From assembly GCA_973895155.1 (NCBI GenBank), contig OZ316893.1:19844857-19908856 (forward strand): a DNA stretch of 64,000 nucleotides, in the 5' to 3' direction. Numbering within the stretch: the first letter of the stretch is position 1; each line of letters begins with the position of its first letter. Source of the DNA: Marsupella aquatica (lineage: Eukaryota > Plantae > Marchantiophyta). The notes under the pieces are model-generated. The model made no database searches. It saw only the letters and a list, made by a program, of their open reading frames with translations, and had not been told where the DNA came from. Shown one piece after another: positions 21,404 through 35,209 of the stretch. A program made the position numbers and the translations under genes.

Positions 21404-24400
21404 GCTGCTTCACACCTGACCTCCCAGACCCCATTACTGTACATTTCCTTCCTTTTGTGGTCTATGGATTATGAAGTTGATAGTGCCGCTCACCTTCATC
21501 AAGGCAGTAAGTTTCCTCCCATTCATTGTAGTGCCTACTTCAGCCGCCTGTATCTACCCTCATCCGTATCGGGTTCGTGGGTCCCGAGTATGTCTATCTA
21601 TTAATCTACGGGTAAACCACAGACTTGCCTGCGAGGCCTCTTGTCCTGTTCTTTTGCGAAGACGACCCGCCAGCAGCTCGCTGTTGCTGCTGAAAGTGGG
21701 AGGGAAGGTAGTGAGCCCAGCGGACAACCTCCGAGTCTTTTCATGGATCTTCGTGGCCCTCGGGGCGGAAATCAATTCGTTGCGCGGAGTTGTATATCGA
21801 GGTAGAAGTTAGAGGCCACCTGTCTACAACTTCCGTCGGAACTTGGAACCGACAGATACTTGGAACCTTAATGCTCTAATTTTTTCACGAAGCGCGCTGA
21901 AGGATTCTCCGCAAGGGCCCCCTGTACCATATCTTCGACTGAAGTCTCCTAAATTCTTTTCGGCATCCATTCGAGTATATATACACAGCCACGTCTGCAG
22001 GCGTCCTCTTCTACACTAGCGAGAGCCTGTCCTCCGGCGTGAACATTATTGTCCCGCCTTTTCTCCCGAATTATCCCATGGTGGACGTCTGCTTCCTTTT
22101 TGCCACTCAGGGTCGGTGTCAACGCCGAACTTCTTTCTGGAAGGCGAGTGCTGGGTACCTGAAGTTTCGACACGGCTCACACTGTACAAGCGGCATTGGT
22201 GGAACTTCTGGTCTCGCTCACACGGACGAGAGGAGGCTCGTTCTGGAAAGGTAACGATGGTCAGCTCTCACATAATCAGGAATACCTACTATCTACTTCG
22301 TCAGTGTGGTGGCGGTTTGCGGTGACGCCCGGTGCTCTGTTGGAGCTGGCCAATAGATGATGGCTGATGAAGAGGGAGAGCTCGGTTACGATCTTCCCCG
22401 GTGGGCTTAGTCTTCCCGTTCTATTACTCCAATGATCCATTGTTGCTTCTGTCCTTGTCACGCGATCGGAGATGTACTGCGATTCACATGTCTCGCGGAA
22501 TTGGTTGTTGGCGGAACATGTCCGAGGACGTTTTCCACTCTTGTTCCGATGGGAAAGTCACATCATTGCATTTCGAGTAGCGCATCGCTCAGGCTGCAAC
22601 GATGTCGACGACAGACGCAGCAGCAGATACGCAGGAGCTTATACATTGTCACAGTTCTGACAGTGCAATAGTGGGAGGTGTAGTCATTGCGTGCCTGGTT
22701 GACACACTTCCTGCTGTGAATTATTAGTGCGGGATTCTCTTCCTAACCGAGCATCGTCACCTTGGCTAGAAAGCGGGAAGTAACGTCGGAGGATGGTCAA
22801 GCCGCTAGGCAGAATTGGACTCGCTGCAGAGTCTTCGGATTGCTGACGTACATCACTGTAGTCGACAACTCGCTGCCTAAGAATCGATTAGAAAACCCTT
22901 CTTTACGTCGCTCTGAAACTTGCAATTCATTCTCTTCTGACCACATTCTCTGGTTAAAGCTTGATGGGAGAACGAGTCTTGTACATAGTGCCTGTACTAT
23001 TCGCGGCTGAAAAGTTTACATCGGTCGAATGGATGCTGTCCGATAAACGAAATTCATTCTCATGTATGTGTGTACACCGGTATGCTGTGTCCCTCACATG
23101 TTTGAAAGTCGTGTTCAACTCCTCTTTATTATGGCTGTACAACTTCTCTCTTTTATGTTCACAATTATGATGAAAGGTCGTGTTTAGCTGCTCGGAGGTC
23201 TGTCGTGAACGGGAGTTAACTGAGCTCTACACCATGCTCTCTTCGGGAAGGTTTGCTACGGATGATCTGTTATAGAAGTCGTCGATAGAAGTCGTGGCCT
23301 ATCATGGAGAATATATGTATTGTCCCTGGATAGTTGTGGAGCCAATCACTCAGAGCTAAGCTTTCAAGTGACTCAGTTGCTTGGATCATCATCGATGGTG
23401 TGCTTTGTTCACGTGATTTAGAACTGTTCCTATGGTTGTACGTTGGATCACTCGAGTCATACCGCAAGTTGGGATGTAGATCTCAAAGCAACGATCCTTC
23501 ATTCCTTCATAAGATTATTTGTTTTAGTCGTTAAACTTAGGAAGGGTGTGTCCGCGACAACAACGAAGGACGTGTTTTGTTTTGTTGTTTATTGCGTACA
23601 CGAAGGTACGCAGAGGAGGGCTCTGCACGTTTTGGCAACGTGGGTGGCAGGTTCCGCCATAGCAGTCCTCGTCCTGGATTCTCTGAAGAAGACCTCGATT
23701 TCAAGACCTCAATAGTGACACAGTGACTGAACTCTATTTTGCGAGTAGACGCACCATTTCTGCCGGACCTAGGACCCAGTCTTGATTCCAAAGCTTTGCC
23801 ATTGCGTACTATTCGTGTCCTCCCGCAGCCCATTCTGTCTTTCACAAATCAAGCTAAATATGCGCAGACCCGTTACAAGAAAAGCCAACGTGTCGCAGAA
23901 GCGTGACGACGGCTTTATGCCGGGAAGTTGAGGGAAGGCATGGTCTGCTGATTATCCGCTGACTGGGTTTCACACCATTGATGCGAGCAAACTCAGCAAA
24001 GCCAATCTTGCAGCTCGTTTCTGTCCGCAGAGCCAATCGCGTCCAGAGACTGTTCAGCTCGTCTCTGTCCACACGGACAAGGCTAGAAAATGGAAGTTTC
24101 CCCTAGACGTGCGAATCTCGTTCAGTAGTGTTTTTTTGTTTTTTGCGCGGTACGAAATTCCGTTCGTGTGGTCATTAGCAATGAACAGCGTAATCCACTC
24201 CGTCCTCATCGCGCATGAAATAACATTTCGTCCCACCCGCAAAAGCAAGAAACAGCTCGCGGTGAGGTATGCATGTGAGTCAGGGAAAAGTTGGGCCGGG
24301 TCATTCTATGGGGGAATGACTCTTAAGTGCTCTTTTTATCATTCAGGAATGTCAGGAAGATATACATTTTGGTGATATTTTTATTGTACTCCCCTCTATT

Positions 24401-24460
24401 CACATTCAACCAATGGGTAGTTGGGGCCTAGTAGCTCTTATGTGCACGGGCTAATGTAAA

Positions 24461-24570
24461 TAAGCTTTGACAATTTTTGAATTTCAATTTTTTCACATTA
24501 AGCTTTGACAATTTTTGAATTTCAATTTTTTCACATCAAGATTTGACAATTTTTTAATTTCAATTTTTTA
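24461..24570. repeat. 38-bp tandem repeat x3
   Basis: TAAGCTTTGACAATTTTTGAATTTCAATTTTTTCACAT units. Confidence 0.85.
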
Positions 24571-25391
24571 ATGCACGGGGAGACATAGCGGGGGCTGGAG
24601 AGAGAAGATCATACCTGTGTGTGTGAGACTCCGGTTTGCTAAAAAAACACACTCTGCGATGTTTAGGCCCAAGTGTGGGGAACTGCTGCACAATGTTAAG
24701 GCTGAGTCTGCCCAAACCTAAGTGTGACTGTCACGGAACAAGCCCCGGCCCACATTTGAGACCCCCTATTATTGCAACCTGTCTGTTTTTGGACTAGGAA
24801 GATAAGTCTTGATAGAGGGTATCTCAAACAACTAAAACCTGACCATATTTGGTAAACAAGCCTGAAAAAACTAAACAATCCGAAAAATTTATGACTTATG
24901 ATCTCGTGCATGTTTTATACCACCCAAATGCTGCGGGCAGAGCCAGGATTGAAAAATCTGACCTATTCTGACCAGGTTGATGAAAGGCAGAGCTGTGGGT
25001 CAAAATTGTATGGTTCAAGAAATGATATAACCACTAACTAGGGAAATCAGGGCGTATACTCCAAAAATTGATCTATGTGAATGCATGAGTGCCCTTTTAA
25101 GAATGGATGGCAAAAACTGTTCCTGAAGCATTTATGCCAGTAACTTCGGAGGTCAGTGCAACGATCTCTGGCTCCTGTGGAACGTTACTCCCACTAACTC
25201 GGGAGGTCAGTGCAATTGCATGTGCAACCTAATACTATTTGTGCAATTGCCTTGGCAATACTCAAGAATTGTGGCACAAAGTATCAACTTAAAAAATTTA
25301 ATGGTGCGGAGTTGGCCTTTGAGAAGGTGGGTGCAAATTTACCAAATTTGAGATATGAAGAATTTTGATGGTGTGGACTGAATATGTAGGA

Positions 25392-25830
25392 GGGTGTTGT
25401 GACCCATCTCAAATCAAAGATTCCCTGGTTCTCCTGTGAGAGGATGGTGTGGACCATCTAAGGATGTTGTGGCTTATCCCAAACCAAAGATTCCCTTGGT
25501 AAAGTTTTGGTGTAAGAGTATGTTGTGGCCCATCTCAAACCAAAGATTCCCATCATAAAGTTTTCCTTGGGAGGATGTTGTGGCCCATCTCAAACCAAAA
25601 ATTCCCTAGCTAAAGTATTCTGACACGCTACAATGAAATGAAATTGTAGGAATTGATGATGTGAAATGAACCTAGGTGAGTGTTGTGACCCATTTCAAAC
25701 CAAAGATTCCCTCGGTAAAGTTTTCTTGAAAAGCTGCAAAATGAAACTTTAAGAATTGATGCTGTGAAATAAAACCTGGGTGGGTGTTGTGACCCATTTC
25801 AAACCAAAAATACCATTGGTAAAGTTTCCC
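25392..25830. repeat. Degenerate minisatellite, six copies of GxTGTTGTGRCCCATYTCAAACCAAAGATTCCC
   Basis: Cores at ~25392, 25461, 25517, 25572, 25678 and 25782. Linkers are homologous (TAAAGTTT), with a period of ~55 then ~105 bp. Confidence 0.85.
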
Positions 25831-27389
25831 CGAGACAATCGTGGACTGATGAAACGTCCGTCACAGCGAAAAAGACTGAGAAAGCGAGAATCATGGACTC
25901 ATGAAATGCCACGCACGAGCTGACGGAGAAGAGCTGAGAAAGCGCAGGTCCGAGAAGGAAAGATGATGATGGGGTTGCCATAAAAAAGTCGAAACTGGCG
26001 AACGAATTATTTCTCGAGAAGCTCAGGATGTTTTGCCGGAAAACACGGAAATGGGCAAACGAATTAATTTCACTGGACGACGAGAAATTGAGGTAACCGA
26101 ATGAAAGGATGCGAGAGCTCCTGAGCTGATGATGATAGGATGACACTGTAGTACTCCTGTATGGCATCGGAAGCTGCATCCGTGGCGCAGTCAACCAATG
26201 GGGGACTCGATTACTTAATGCTATAGAGTAGGGGAGGAATTTTGGTACAGATACTTCATCTCCAGGCTAGTACCGTAGGTGGCAAAGGTATTAATTGTTT
26301 TTTCATAGAGGAGGACTTGGGGACGGGGTTACTTTAGTGGCGAATATTAGCTACAGTATATCCCAAAAAGCAGTACCTACTTTTAACGTACGATTGGGTA
26401 GCTTTTCTGTTTTCCAGTAGCCAGTTTTACACAACCACACAGCTAAAACTTAGTGGTTTTCCTTGTATCTAGGGATGTCAAAAATCGTCAAAAATTAATG
26501 TTGTAAATTATATGAAGTACATTGCCAGAGTCTTCTCCATCCTAAACTATAATACAAGGTTATTATTTTTTTGAAGTGGTTGTCATTCAAATTTATATTT
26601 ATAGTGTCCAAAAAACATTAATCATGTCAAAGAAAAAGAATAAAGATTATATTAAATTTAGTGTGCACCAACAAAATAAATACATTCCAAACAAGAAGGG
26701 AATCAAACGGGACACACAAAGGAGGGAGCCAATGGAACACACAAAACAAGGGAGCGTATGCACATGCATGAGTATTAAAGGTTCCTGATATATACACAAG
26801 AAATACATAATGCATGTGATACTATATATTATTGCAAGTATTACAATATTACATAATATAATAATGGTAGTAATTTAATTAAAATAGGTTAATTAAACAC
26901 AATAGGTTAGATGATAGGGAGAATGTCAAAATCTATAATTACTTTTTTTATAGCATGGTAGTCATTCAAATTTGCAATATCCCAAACATGAAAAACATGA
27001 AAGAATCTAACCAACGAGAAGGAAAAAAACCAAAAAAATAAATATTGTGAATGAAAATGGAGAGCAATGTTTCCAAGCAAAAAATGAATCTAATAGTACA
27101 AAGAAAATAGGGAGGGTCTCTAGCAATGCAGGAGTATCAAGGAGACCTGATCCAGTCCCTTTACAAACTAAAAGAAGTGAGAATCAATCTTGAATGTTCA
27201 TCAAAATATAATTTTTTCCATAGTGTCAGATCTATCCATACACCCCTTTTAAAAATGCCCAAGCTACCCTTTAACCTTCCCATACCTGCTACAATGAAAA
27301 AATTAATCAAAATTTAAATATACCAATTCATATATAAATAATTCTATTTTTTTGAAATAATTTTGAATATAAGTAAAATATATAGAACA

Positions 27390-28570
27390 TGTTTTCTCAT
27401 CTTGACATCTTTTTCTAGTGTTGCCTCTGCAGCGGCTAGCCCCCCTAGAGGACATTCCAGTCCCACTTGCCTATTTAGTTTCGACACTTGATGTGGACCA
27501 TTAGCTGTTAGCCCCATTAGCTAGGAATGATAAGGACCTCGGTCCATTTGCGGTCGTTTTAGTTCCCCTTTCTTGGTTCTTAGAGGGTTCTTTTGATCTT
27601 GGTTTTGCCCACTTGGGATCTCTTTTGTTTATTCTTTTGTACTCTGTTTGGCCCTTTTTTATATAAAGTTTGTGTATATTTGTTTTTCTTCATATGAAGA
27701 TCTTCTCACCTCAAGATCTTTGCTCATCTTGACATATTTTCCTCACCTCAAGATTTTTTCTCACCTCGACATATGTCTTTTCTCTCCTTGGCATGTTTTC
27801 TCATCTCATCATCTTTTCTCTCCTTGACATATTTTTCTCACCTCAGAATGTTCTTCTCTAATTGACATCTTTTTCTCATCTTGCCATCTTTTCTCTCCTT
27901 GACATAGTTTTCTCAGCTTGAAATGATTGTTTTTCTCTCATTGGCATCTTTTTTCACCTTGACATATTTTCTCACCTCAACATGCATCATTTGTGCAATG
28001 CACAGGTATCAGGCCCAAGATGTACTTAACAACATCTTTTACTTCACAACATCTTTGACTAATGACATACTTTATCTATTGACCATTTTGTACTTAACAA
28101 CATCTTAATACTTAACGACATCTTTGGCATAACGACATCATTGGTGACATGACATCTATTTACTTGATGACAATTTTTTACTTGATGACCTTTTGGGCAA
28201 CATGCCATCTTTGGTAAAATGACTTTTTTTCCTTAACAACATTGTTTTACTTCATGACATCTTTCACATAAGAATATCATTCTTGGAAAACACAACGTAT
28301 TTTCTCTTAAGAGCATTTTGGGCTCCACAACACTTTTCTCTTAGCGACATCTTGGGGGACACGACATCTGTTCTTAACGATATCTAATTGGGCGCCACGA
28401 CATGTTTATTTTAACGACATTTTGGGCAACATCTTTTTTCTTAACGACATCTGTTGTGCAACGCACGGGTATTTTCCCTCAATGATGTCTTGGCTGAGAC
28501 GACATCTTTTCCCTCAACGATGTCTTTGCCGACATGACATCTTTTTTTCTCAACTACATCTTTCTGACAC
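27390..28570. repeat. Degenerate ~20-21-bp minisatellite
   Basis: Dozens of TTTTCTCAYCTTGACATMT-like units, changing to TTTTWCTTAACGACATCT-like units after ~28020. Confidence 0.8.
27415..27688 (+). mobile_element. Short 3' fragment of the CRE-clade retrotransposon
   Basis: Clearly homologous to 42468-42795 (GCAGCGGCTAGCCCCCCTAGAGGACATTCC...GACCTCGGTCCATTTGCGGT...), covering the last ~29 codons and the 3' UTR. Confidence 0.85.
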
Positions 28571-28614
28571 AACTTCTTGTGTGCAATGCATGGGTATTAA
28601 GCTAGTAAGGTGAT

Positions 28615-29720
28615 AAAGCTAGGGAATCCACCTCGTTTCACCAATTATGGGAAATTTTGTCCTGAAATTGTGGAGGAGGCTGACACGTGACACAGTAGAG
28701 GAGGGAAGTGTAGGGAGTGTGAAAAGTAAACTTTTGGACAATTCCACTCAAGATAGGGCCAGTAGCGGCTTAATCAAAGCACAATATGCCATTTTTGGTC
28801 CCCAATATTGTCCAGTGCAAGTAATTCCTGGTAGCTGGCTCATTCACCTGCTTTTCTGTTTTTGATTAGGCAGTTTTACACCTACCTATTTACCCCATTA
28901 GCTAGAATCTAGAGGTTATTCTTATATCTAGGAAAATCATATTAAAAATATTCCTAGCATCTTCTCCTGCCTACAATGTGACATTTCCACCCTGGAACAA
29001 AAGCAAAACCACTAAAACTTAGGGAATCTACCAAGTTTCACCAATTATAGCCAAGTTCGCTTCAAATTGGAGGAGGCTGACACGTGAATAATCACAGGAG
29101 GGGGTGTCTGGAATGTGGAAAGGAAACTTTTGGACACTTGCACCTCTATATAGGGCCAGTGGTGGGTTTAAGCACAATATGCTATTTTTTGCCTCCAAGA
29201 AAATATTGTCGGATGCAAGTGGATGCGCAGCTGCCTCATTACCCAGCTTTTCTGTCTTTCATTACACAATGTCACATCTACTCAAAGACCCCATTAGCAA
29301 GAATCTAGCGGTTATTCTTATATCTAGGAAGATCTCATGGTCATAAATTCATCCAGAAAATCATATAAAATCTTTTCTAGCGTCGTCTTCTTTCAGACAA
29401 GGTGACATTTGCCACCCTGGCACAAAAGGAAAAACCTGTAAAATTTAGGGATGCACCAAGTTTTACCAATGACAGGAAATTTCACTTGAAATTATGGAGG
29501 AGGCTGACACATGACACAGGATGGGACTGTCTTGCATGTGAAAAGGAAACTTTTGGACACTTGCACTTTTTATAGGGCCATTGGTCGTTTAAAGCACAAT
29601 ATGCCATTTTTTTGCATGCAACTCGACAATATTTGTTGCATGCAAAAAATGGCAAGAGGATCCTGGCAGGTGCCTCATGAATATAGATTGGCCAATTTTC
29701 ATTGGAAGAGAATTTGTGAC
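28615..29720. repeat. Three diverged ~400-430-bp tandem units of a dispersed repeat family
   Basis: Units begin at ~28615, 29014 and 29439 and share GGAGGAGGCTGACAC, AAACTTTTGGACA, ATAGGGCCA and AAGCACAATATGC. Related fragments occur at ~30930, ~32840 and ~44120. Confidence 0.75.
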
Positions 29721-32700
29721 AAGATATCAAGGATTTTCAAACCTAGGAATTGTCGATCTGCATCCAATAATGAAATGTGGTTTTCAACTCTCATCGAGCC
29801 CTAAACCTAGCCAAAGATAGTGGCGACTCAGGGGGTGGTGTGAGCCATTGGCAAGAGTGAGTGTTTTCATTTGCATATAAGTTCTAGCCAAGTCCCACAC
29901 CCAAAGAAAGTGAGGTTGCGAGCCGGTGGCATCCTTGGATCCAAGTCACTTCATCCTTTCACTTTGTGGGGGTGCATCCAAAGTTTCCAGTGTCTGCCAT
30001 GTAAAATCTGTGAAAATCTCTAGCAGATCTGAACTTAGGTGTTTTGCTTTTTAGAAGTGGCAGTGCGCCCAATGAATTATAGCAGCTGCCGGAGCAAAAA
30101 TCAGTGGAGCACTGGAACTTAGGTCCGTGACTTGTAATTGGAATAATTGATCTCAGGAAATGGTGGCTCACTATGCATTCTTCAAAGCAAATACCAGAAC
30201 ATTCAAATTGTCAAGCACGCTCTGACAGGCTTTTCAAAGACAATTAGGGTTTGGGGCGGTTGTTGTGTGGTGGTGAACTAGGATAATAGGTCTCCACAGG
30301 TGGTAGCTTCTTCTGTAATTTTCCCAGTGCATAGAGCTGTAATGAACGTTGACAAATGGTGATAAGATAAATTATCTGAAGTACTAGAATTTGGAAACTT
30401 TTGGATTTCAAGGAGCAAGTGTTCAAAGAGAATTGTTTCCCAGCCCAGTGAACTATAATTTCAATTCTCGTGCATGCATAAATAGTAAAGGAGCATTGAA
30501 CCCAACATTTCTTTTAACACGAAAGTAACCCATCACATGCAATGAAGTACAACGTCTTTTTGTAAAATAATCTTTGGAAATATTAATTGATGCTAGTGGA
30601 AATAAAAGATTTTTTTTTATTAGAAATAGCCATGTGAGCGGTGCCATATAATTTTATTTAAAGGATAGTTGTAAGTAACCCAACTGTTGCACATGATATA
30701 CAACCCTCCATGTAGTGACTCCCCAGCATTAGAGTTATCCTAATGAGACAAACTAGGGGTCAATTATGGGATAGAAAACTCGAGGTCAATTATGGGATCA
30801 AAGTCCAATATCAAATCAAATCAAACGATGCATTCTTTTAGTAACGACAATCTGATAGATTCCATCTTTCTATAAAGTTATGGCAAAGATTGGCTAGGTT
30901 TGAGTCTTCCGTTAGCCAGTTTCCCACCTAGCCATAGACCCCATTGCCAAAATCTAATGGTCATCCTTAAATCTAGGGGGATCTGACAGTGAGATCTAGG
31001 AGTATTAGATAATGAATTCCTAGCGTCTTCCCCTTCACACAAGGTCAGATTTTCCCCAGTGGCCAAAATGCAAAAACCCTTACAAATTAAGCTGGCATAT
31101 ATTACTAACTGTAGCAGCTTTAGAGAGGTATCACATTCACTGCCAACAGCCAAGTGGCATGATGGTAGGCCGGCCATGCCCATAAGGTAAAACTGACTAC
31201 AGTACATTGTTGGTCAAGAAAGACACGCCCATAAATCACCCACTGTAGGATTGGCTTCACAAAAGTACCAAGTGGTCCCACTGAATCCACCACAAGACCA
31301 CCCAAGTGCCATTTGGTTCGCCCAGTGTATAAATAATTATGAAAATTTTAGAATCAATTGCCAAAAAATATCTCAAAAGACTTTTGTGATGCAAATCTTT
31401 AGAATGTTCAAGGCATCTTGGTGTAAAGTATCTTGATGTAAACACTGATTGTTTCAATGTAGCATTTTGATATATAGTGTATGTTCTAAAATGGAAAAAC
31501 AACAACAGGGTAGTACTATTTTGGCGTGGCATTAGGAATACAAAATAATGAATATTTCACACAGGTCCTCTGCAAACTGGGATGGCACGAAAGTATGCTG
31601 AAGATCTTGTGCAAGAACCCATGAAGTAGAACATTCAATTAAAGATTACAAATTCCCAAAGTTAATGCTATTCCTACAAAGTGCTGAATTTCTCACTTTT
31701 TTAAGGGTTGCATTAGTCATTTATTTGGGTGAACACCTGCCAGAAATTTACTAAGCCTGGTGTGTTGAGAGTAATACTACAGACATTCCATGAGACTTTG
31801 GGACTTGATTAGCCAAAAAAAAATTCTCATGTGAGGATCAATTTGCCAGATCTGACGGTTCTCCTTAAACCACCATTGTCCACCAGGTCTTGGGAGGGCA
31901 ATTTAGTTAGAGTACCCCTTGGTTACATAAGTTTGTTTTATTGAACTATTTGGAGCCATGAAGAGTTGCACATTGGAATGGATAGATGAGGACAAAGATT
32001 AAATGGAGTATTGTAAATGAATTTGAAAGGTAATTAGGACAATTTCATTGAAGAGAAACAGAAATACATTCATGATAATAACAAAGGTAATTCTCCATGC
32101 AAAAGGTTTCCCTTAATATCTCTATGTCTATACAATACAAGTAATATTCTATTTAGTTCATGAAAAATATTATTTTGTCCATAATAGTTGAATGGTCTTA
32201 AAGTCCCTTGGTATTACTCTACCCATAGTAGTCATGGTGTTTCTTACCTTTTGCTTGTTACTCTTCAATCCATATTAGCCAAAGGGCTTCTTAAGTTACC
32301 TTGGTAAATGTTAGAGAAGTTGAAAAGTTTATTGGGTTTCTTATGTTACCTTGGTAAATGTTAGAGTAGTTGAAGCGTTTCTTTATACTTGTCATTATAT
32401 AAAAATGTAAATTAAATACAAAATTGAAACAGATTACCATAAAACACTTATATATCAATCACAACTTATCTCAAGATTGTGATTTTTCATCACTAGTTTA
32501 CCTTTTTCTTGTTTACTTGAAATGTTGCTTTTCAATTTTGTATTGTTTTTATTGTTCGAGGGTCTAACTGTTTTTCTTTGGGTTGCCTCACACATGAATA
32601 GTCAAAATTGGTTCCTATTTGTATAATTAATATTTCTTGTTTGTGACAAATCATGCTGATGTGGTTGCACATGTATCTAGTAATTTTGGAAGGAACTTCC

Positions 32701-35209
32701 CATGGGGTACATGAATAGAACACTTCTTGTGAGCATATTTTTGGTTTATTTTACTAACCTGGACCCACCAGCGTTTGCTTGGGGGATAGTGATGCTTTAA
32801 AGTGCCACTGGACATGAAAAAACCTGGATCCACCATTTTGAGTACATTTTTCCTGAAATTGTGGAGCAAAGTCTCACCCTAGTGAAAAAGAATGTGTAAA
32901 AGTGGTGGTTTAAGCTACCAAAAAGATCTAGGAATTGGGCCTGTTCTGTCAGGGAAAAAAATACCTTAGTTGGGATCACTCACCAATTTGACTCCTTGGG
33001 GAAGTAAAAGAGAATTCAATGGGTTAAATCAAAATCAAGTATCCTGACCATTGCCCTCAAGCTTTACACAAAACTCCCATGGTCCTAATGCCTATTCTAG
33101 AATGTAGCAGAGTGGAATTGTACAACAAGTTGTAGAATTTAGATACTCAATCATGAAGTGGAATGGAAGTTCTTGTGCAAAGTAATGCAGGGGGAAGATG
33201 GCTAATTTTAAACCAAATTTAAGTACACTACAATGCAACTGAACATAATTGAATGACAAGCATCCATTCTGAGTTTTCCCCTAATTAGAAGGTATTAAGA
33301 ACAAAGGGCTGTCAACATGGAACTATTTACGGTATCTTTGTGTTTTTCTTTGTTCTGATCTATGAATTCAAGTTCCCATGAACCACGAACATAGGATAAA
33401 CACTCAAAACCCTCATGGAATTCACTTGCTGTTTCAAAATTGGCATGTAGACATGTATTTGACCCCAAATAGAAAATTTTCAGCTGATTCTAGCTTCCGT
33501 CCATGCAGACCCATTTAATTGAAGGAGTTGGGTTCCCTTGGTTATCATGTCTATGACATGGTACATTTCCAGGTCATGAAACTATAAGGTTTCTGGTGTA
33601 TCATGACACTGTAAAGTTTCTGTATCCATTCAAGTAGCCATGTCAAATATTTTTCTTTGTCTATTCAAGTAGCGATGTCAAATGGTTGTGTCCATCCCAT
33701 CTTTCCATTAGTCATTTTCACCTTTCAAAATTTATAGATAACGGGAGAAGTGTCCATCCACACTATGCAAGATCCAAAGATTGATGAATTTCGGAAGAGA
33801 GCAGAGATTCCAGTGCTCCATTTAAAAAGGCGGCTAGAAGAAATTGAAAGAGACTCACGAAGATCACCGTTGAGATAGTGCAAATAAACCAGAGAACAAG
33901 TTCAGTAAAGGAAACCTTGATCTACAAACGATATGTAGATCAGTCTGACATGACTGAACATTGGGTCTTCGAGTCCACTGTTGCAAGTAGTAAAATCTCT
34001 TGAAGTGTGCGACTAATCTCAAATTTTCGTGAGGCATCTTAACCAAAATGTTAGAAGTTTATTGACGGTTCCATCAAGCTCGTACAGTATTAGTATGAAA
34101 GTAGACTTGGCCTTCCCCGATCGAAAAACTAGAGCAAATGGAGTCAATTGCTTTTAGCAAGCACAAGACAGAATTGTAGTGGACAGAAAGGATAATCACG
34201 AAGCATACCCATCCCATCTTTAGTTTAAACCTCAATAATTGAACATGGCTCACCAGCAGTTCGGATCTTTACGGAAGTATTCTATGTTTCCCTCAAGCTT
34301 GAAAACCGCTTGAGTTGTGTGTAACCCAGAAATTGATTGAAGAGAAATTTTCTGAAAATACATTTCTTGTCCTAGACATACCGTCGAGTGGGTACTTATG
34401 GAATTGGCTTTCACGCCCTCGCTTGAGTTCACAAGAAGATAAAAGTAACCTATTTAGATGAAATCAGCTTTCATTCCCGCCCTCAATTGAGTTTTGTAAT
34501 GAACCATAAGGTGATGGTGGCAAAGAACCCTGTCTGTGGTATCTCAAATTGCAACTGAAATAAAATGATTGAGGCAGTTGGCTCTCTGTCCCCCATGCAT
34601 GGAGCAGTGATTCGTCAGAATTCGTTCAAATTTGGGACACTGTTGAATATTCATGCATATTAGTTTACAGAATCACAAAGTCATCGTAGTTTTAGTACTC
34701 AGTATTGACGGCCAACGACCCGTTCCATGCTGAAGATGCGTTACTCCCACTAGTTTGAAGTTGCCCAGCTACAGAGATACGACCTCCAACTTCGAATCCG
34801 TTTCGTTTCGTTTTACCGACTGTGTTAAGCCTCACAGAAAAGAAACTCGGAACAATACTCCTACCATCTGAGACGTGTGGCCCAAAAGTTGTTAAGGCTA
34901 TATTAAGATCTGGGATCAGTATGTTCATATATCGACATGGAGACATTTACAAGATCTAGGCTGCAGATATCCAAGGAATAACATAGACTTAAAGCTAAAT
35001 AAATTTAAACCCAAAAATCAAGATGTCGTGTGGTCACCCTCAACAAGAACAGACCTGTGAATACTCGACACTTTGGAAGATGTATTTCGAAAATGTCACT
35101 AATATTGTGATCGTATGAGGACCTCACAATGTCCAGAGACACAGATATTGTGTGATTCCTGTCAACAATGTCTGGCAAGCGCTCCAAGCCAGCAGATCCA
35201 AAAGGCAAC

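Noticed and set aside
25392-25830. CRISPR-like repeat-spacer array
   Set aside because: The spacers are homologous to each other and vary from ~21 to 70 bp, repeats are degenerate, no cas genes are present and the context is eukaryotic; it is a minisatellite.
27411-27420. TTTTCTAGTG as a CACTA right end
   Set aside because: CTAGTG belongs to the CRE fragment (aligns with 42468) and the T run to the minisatellite.
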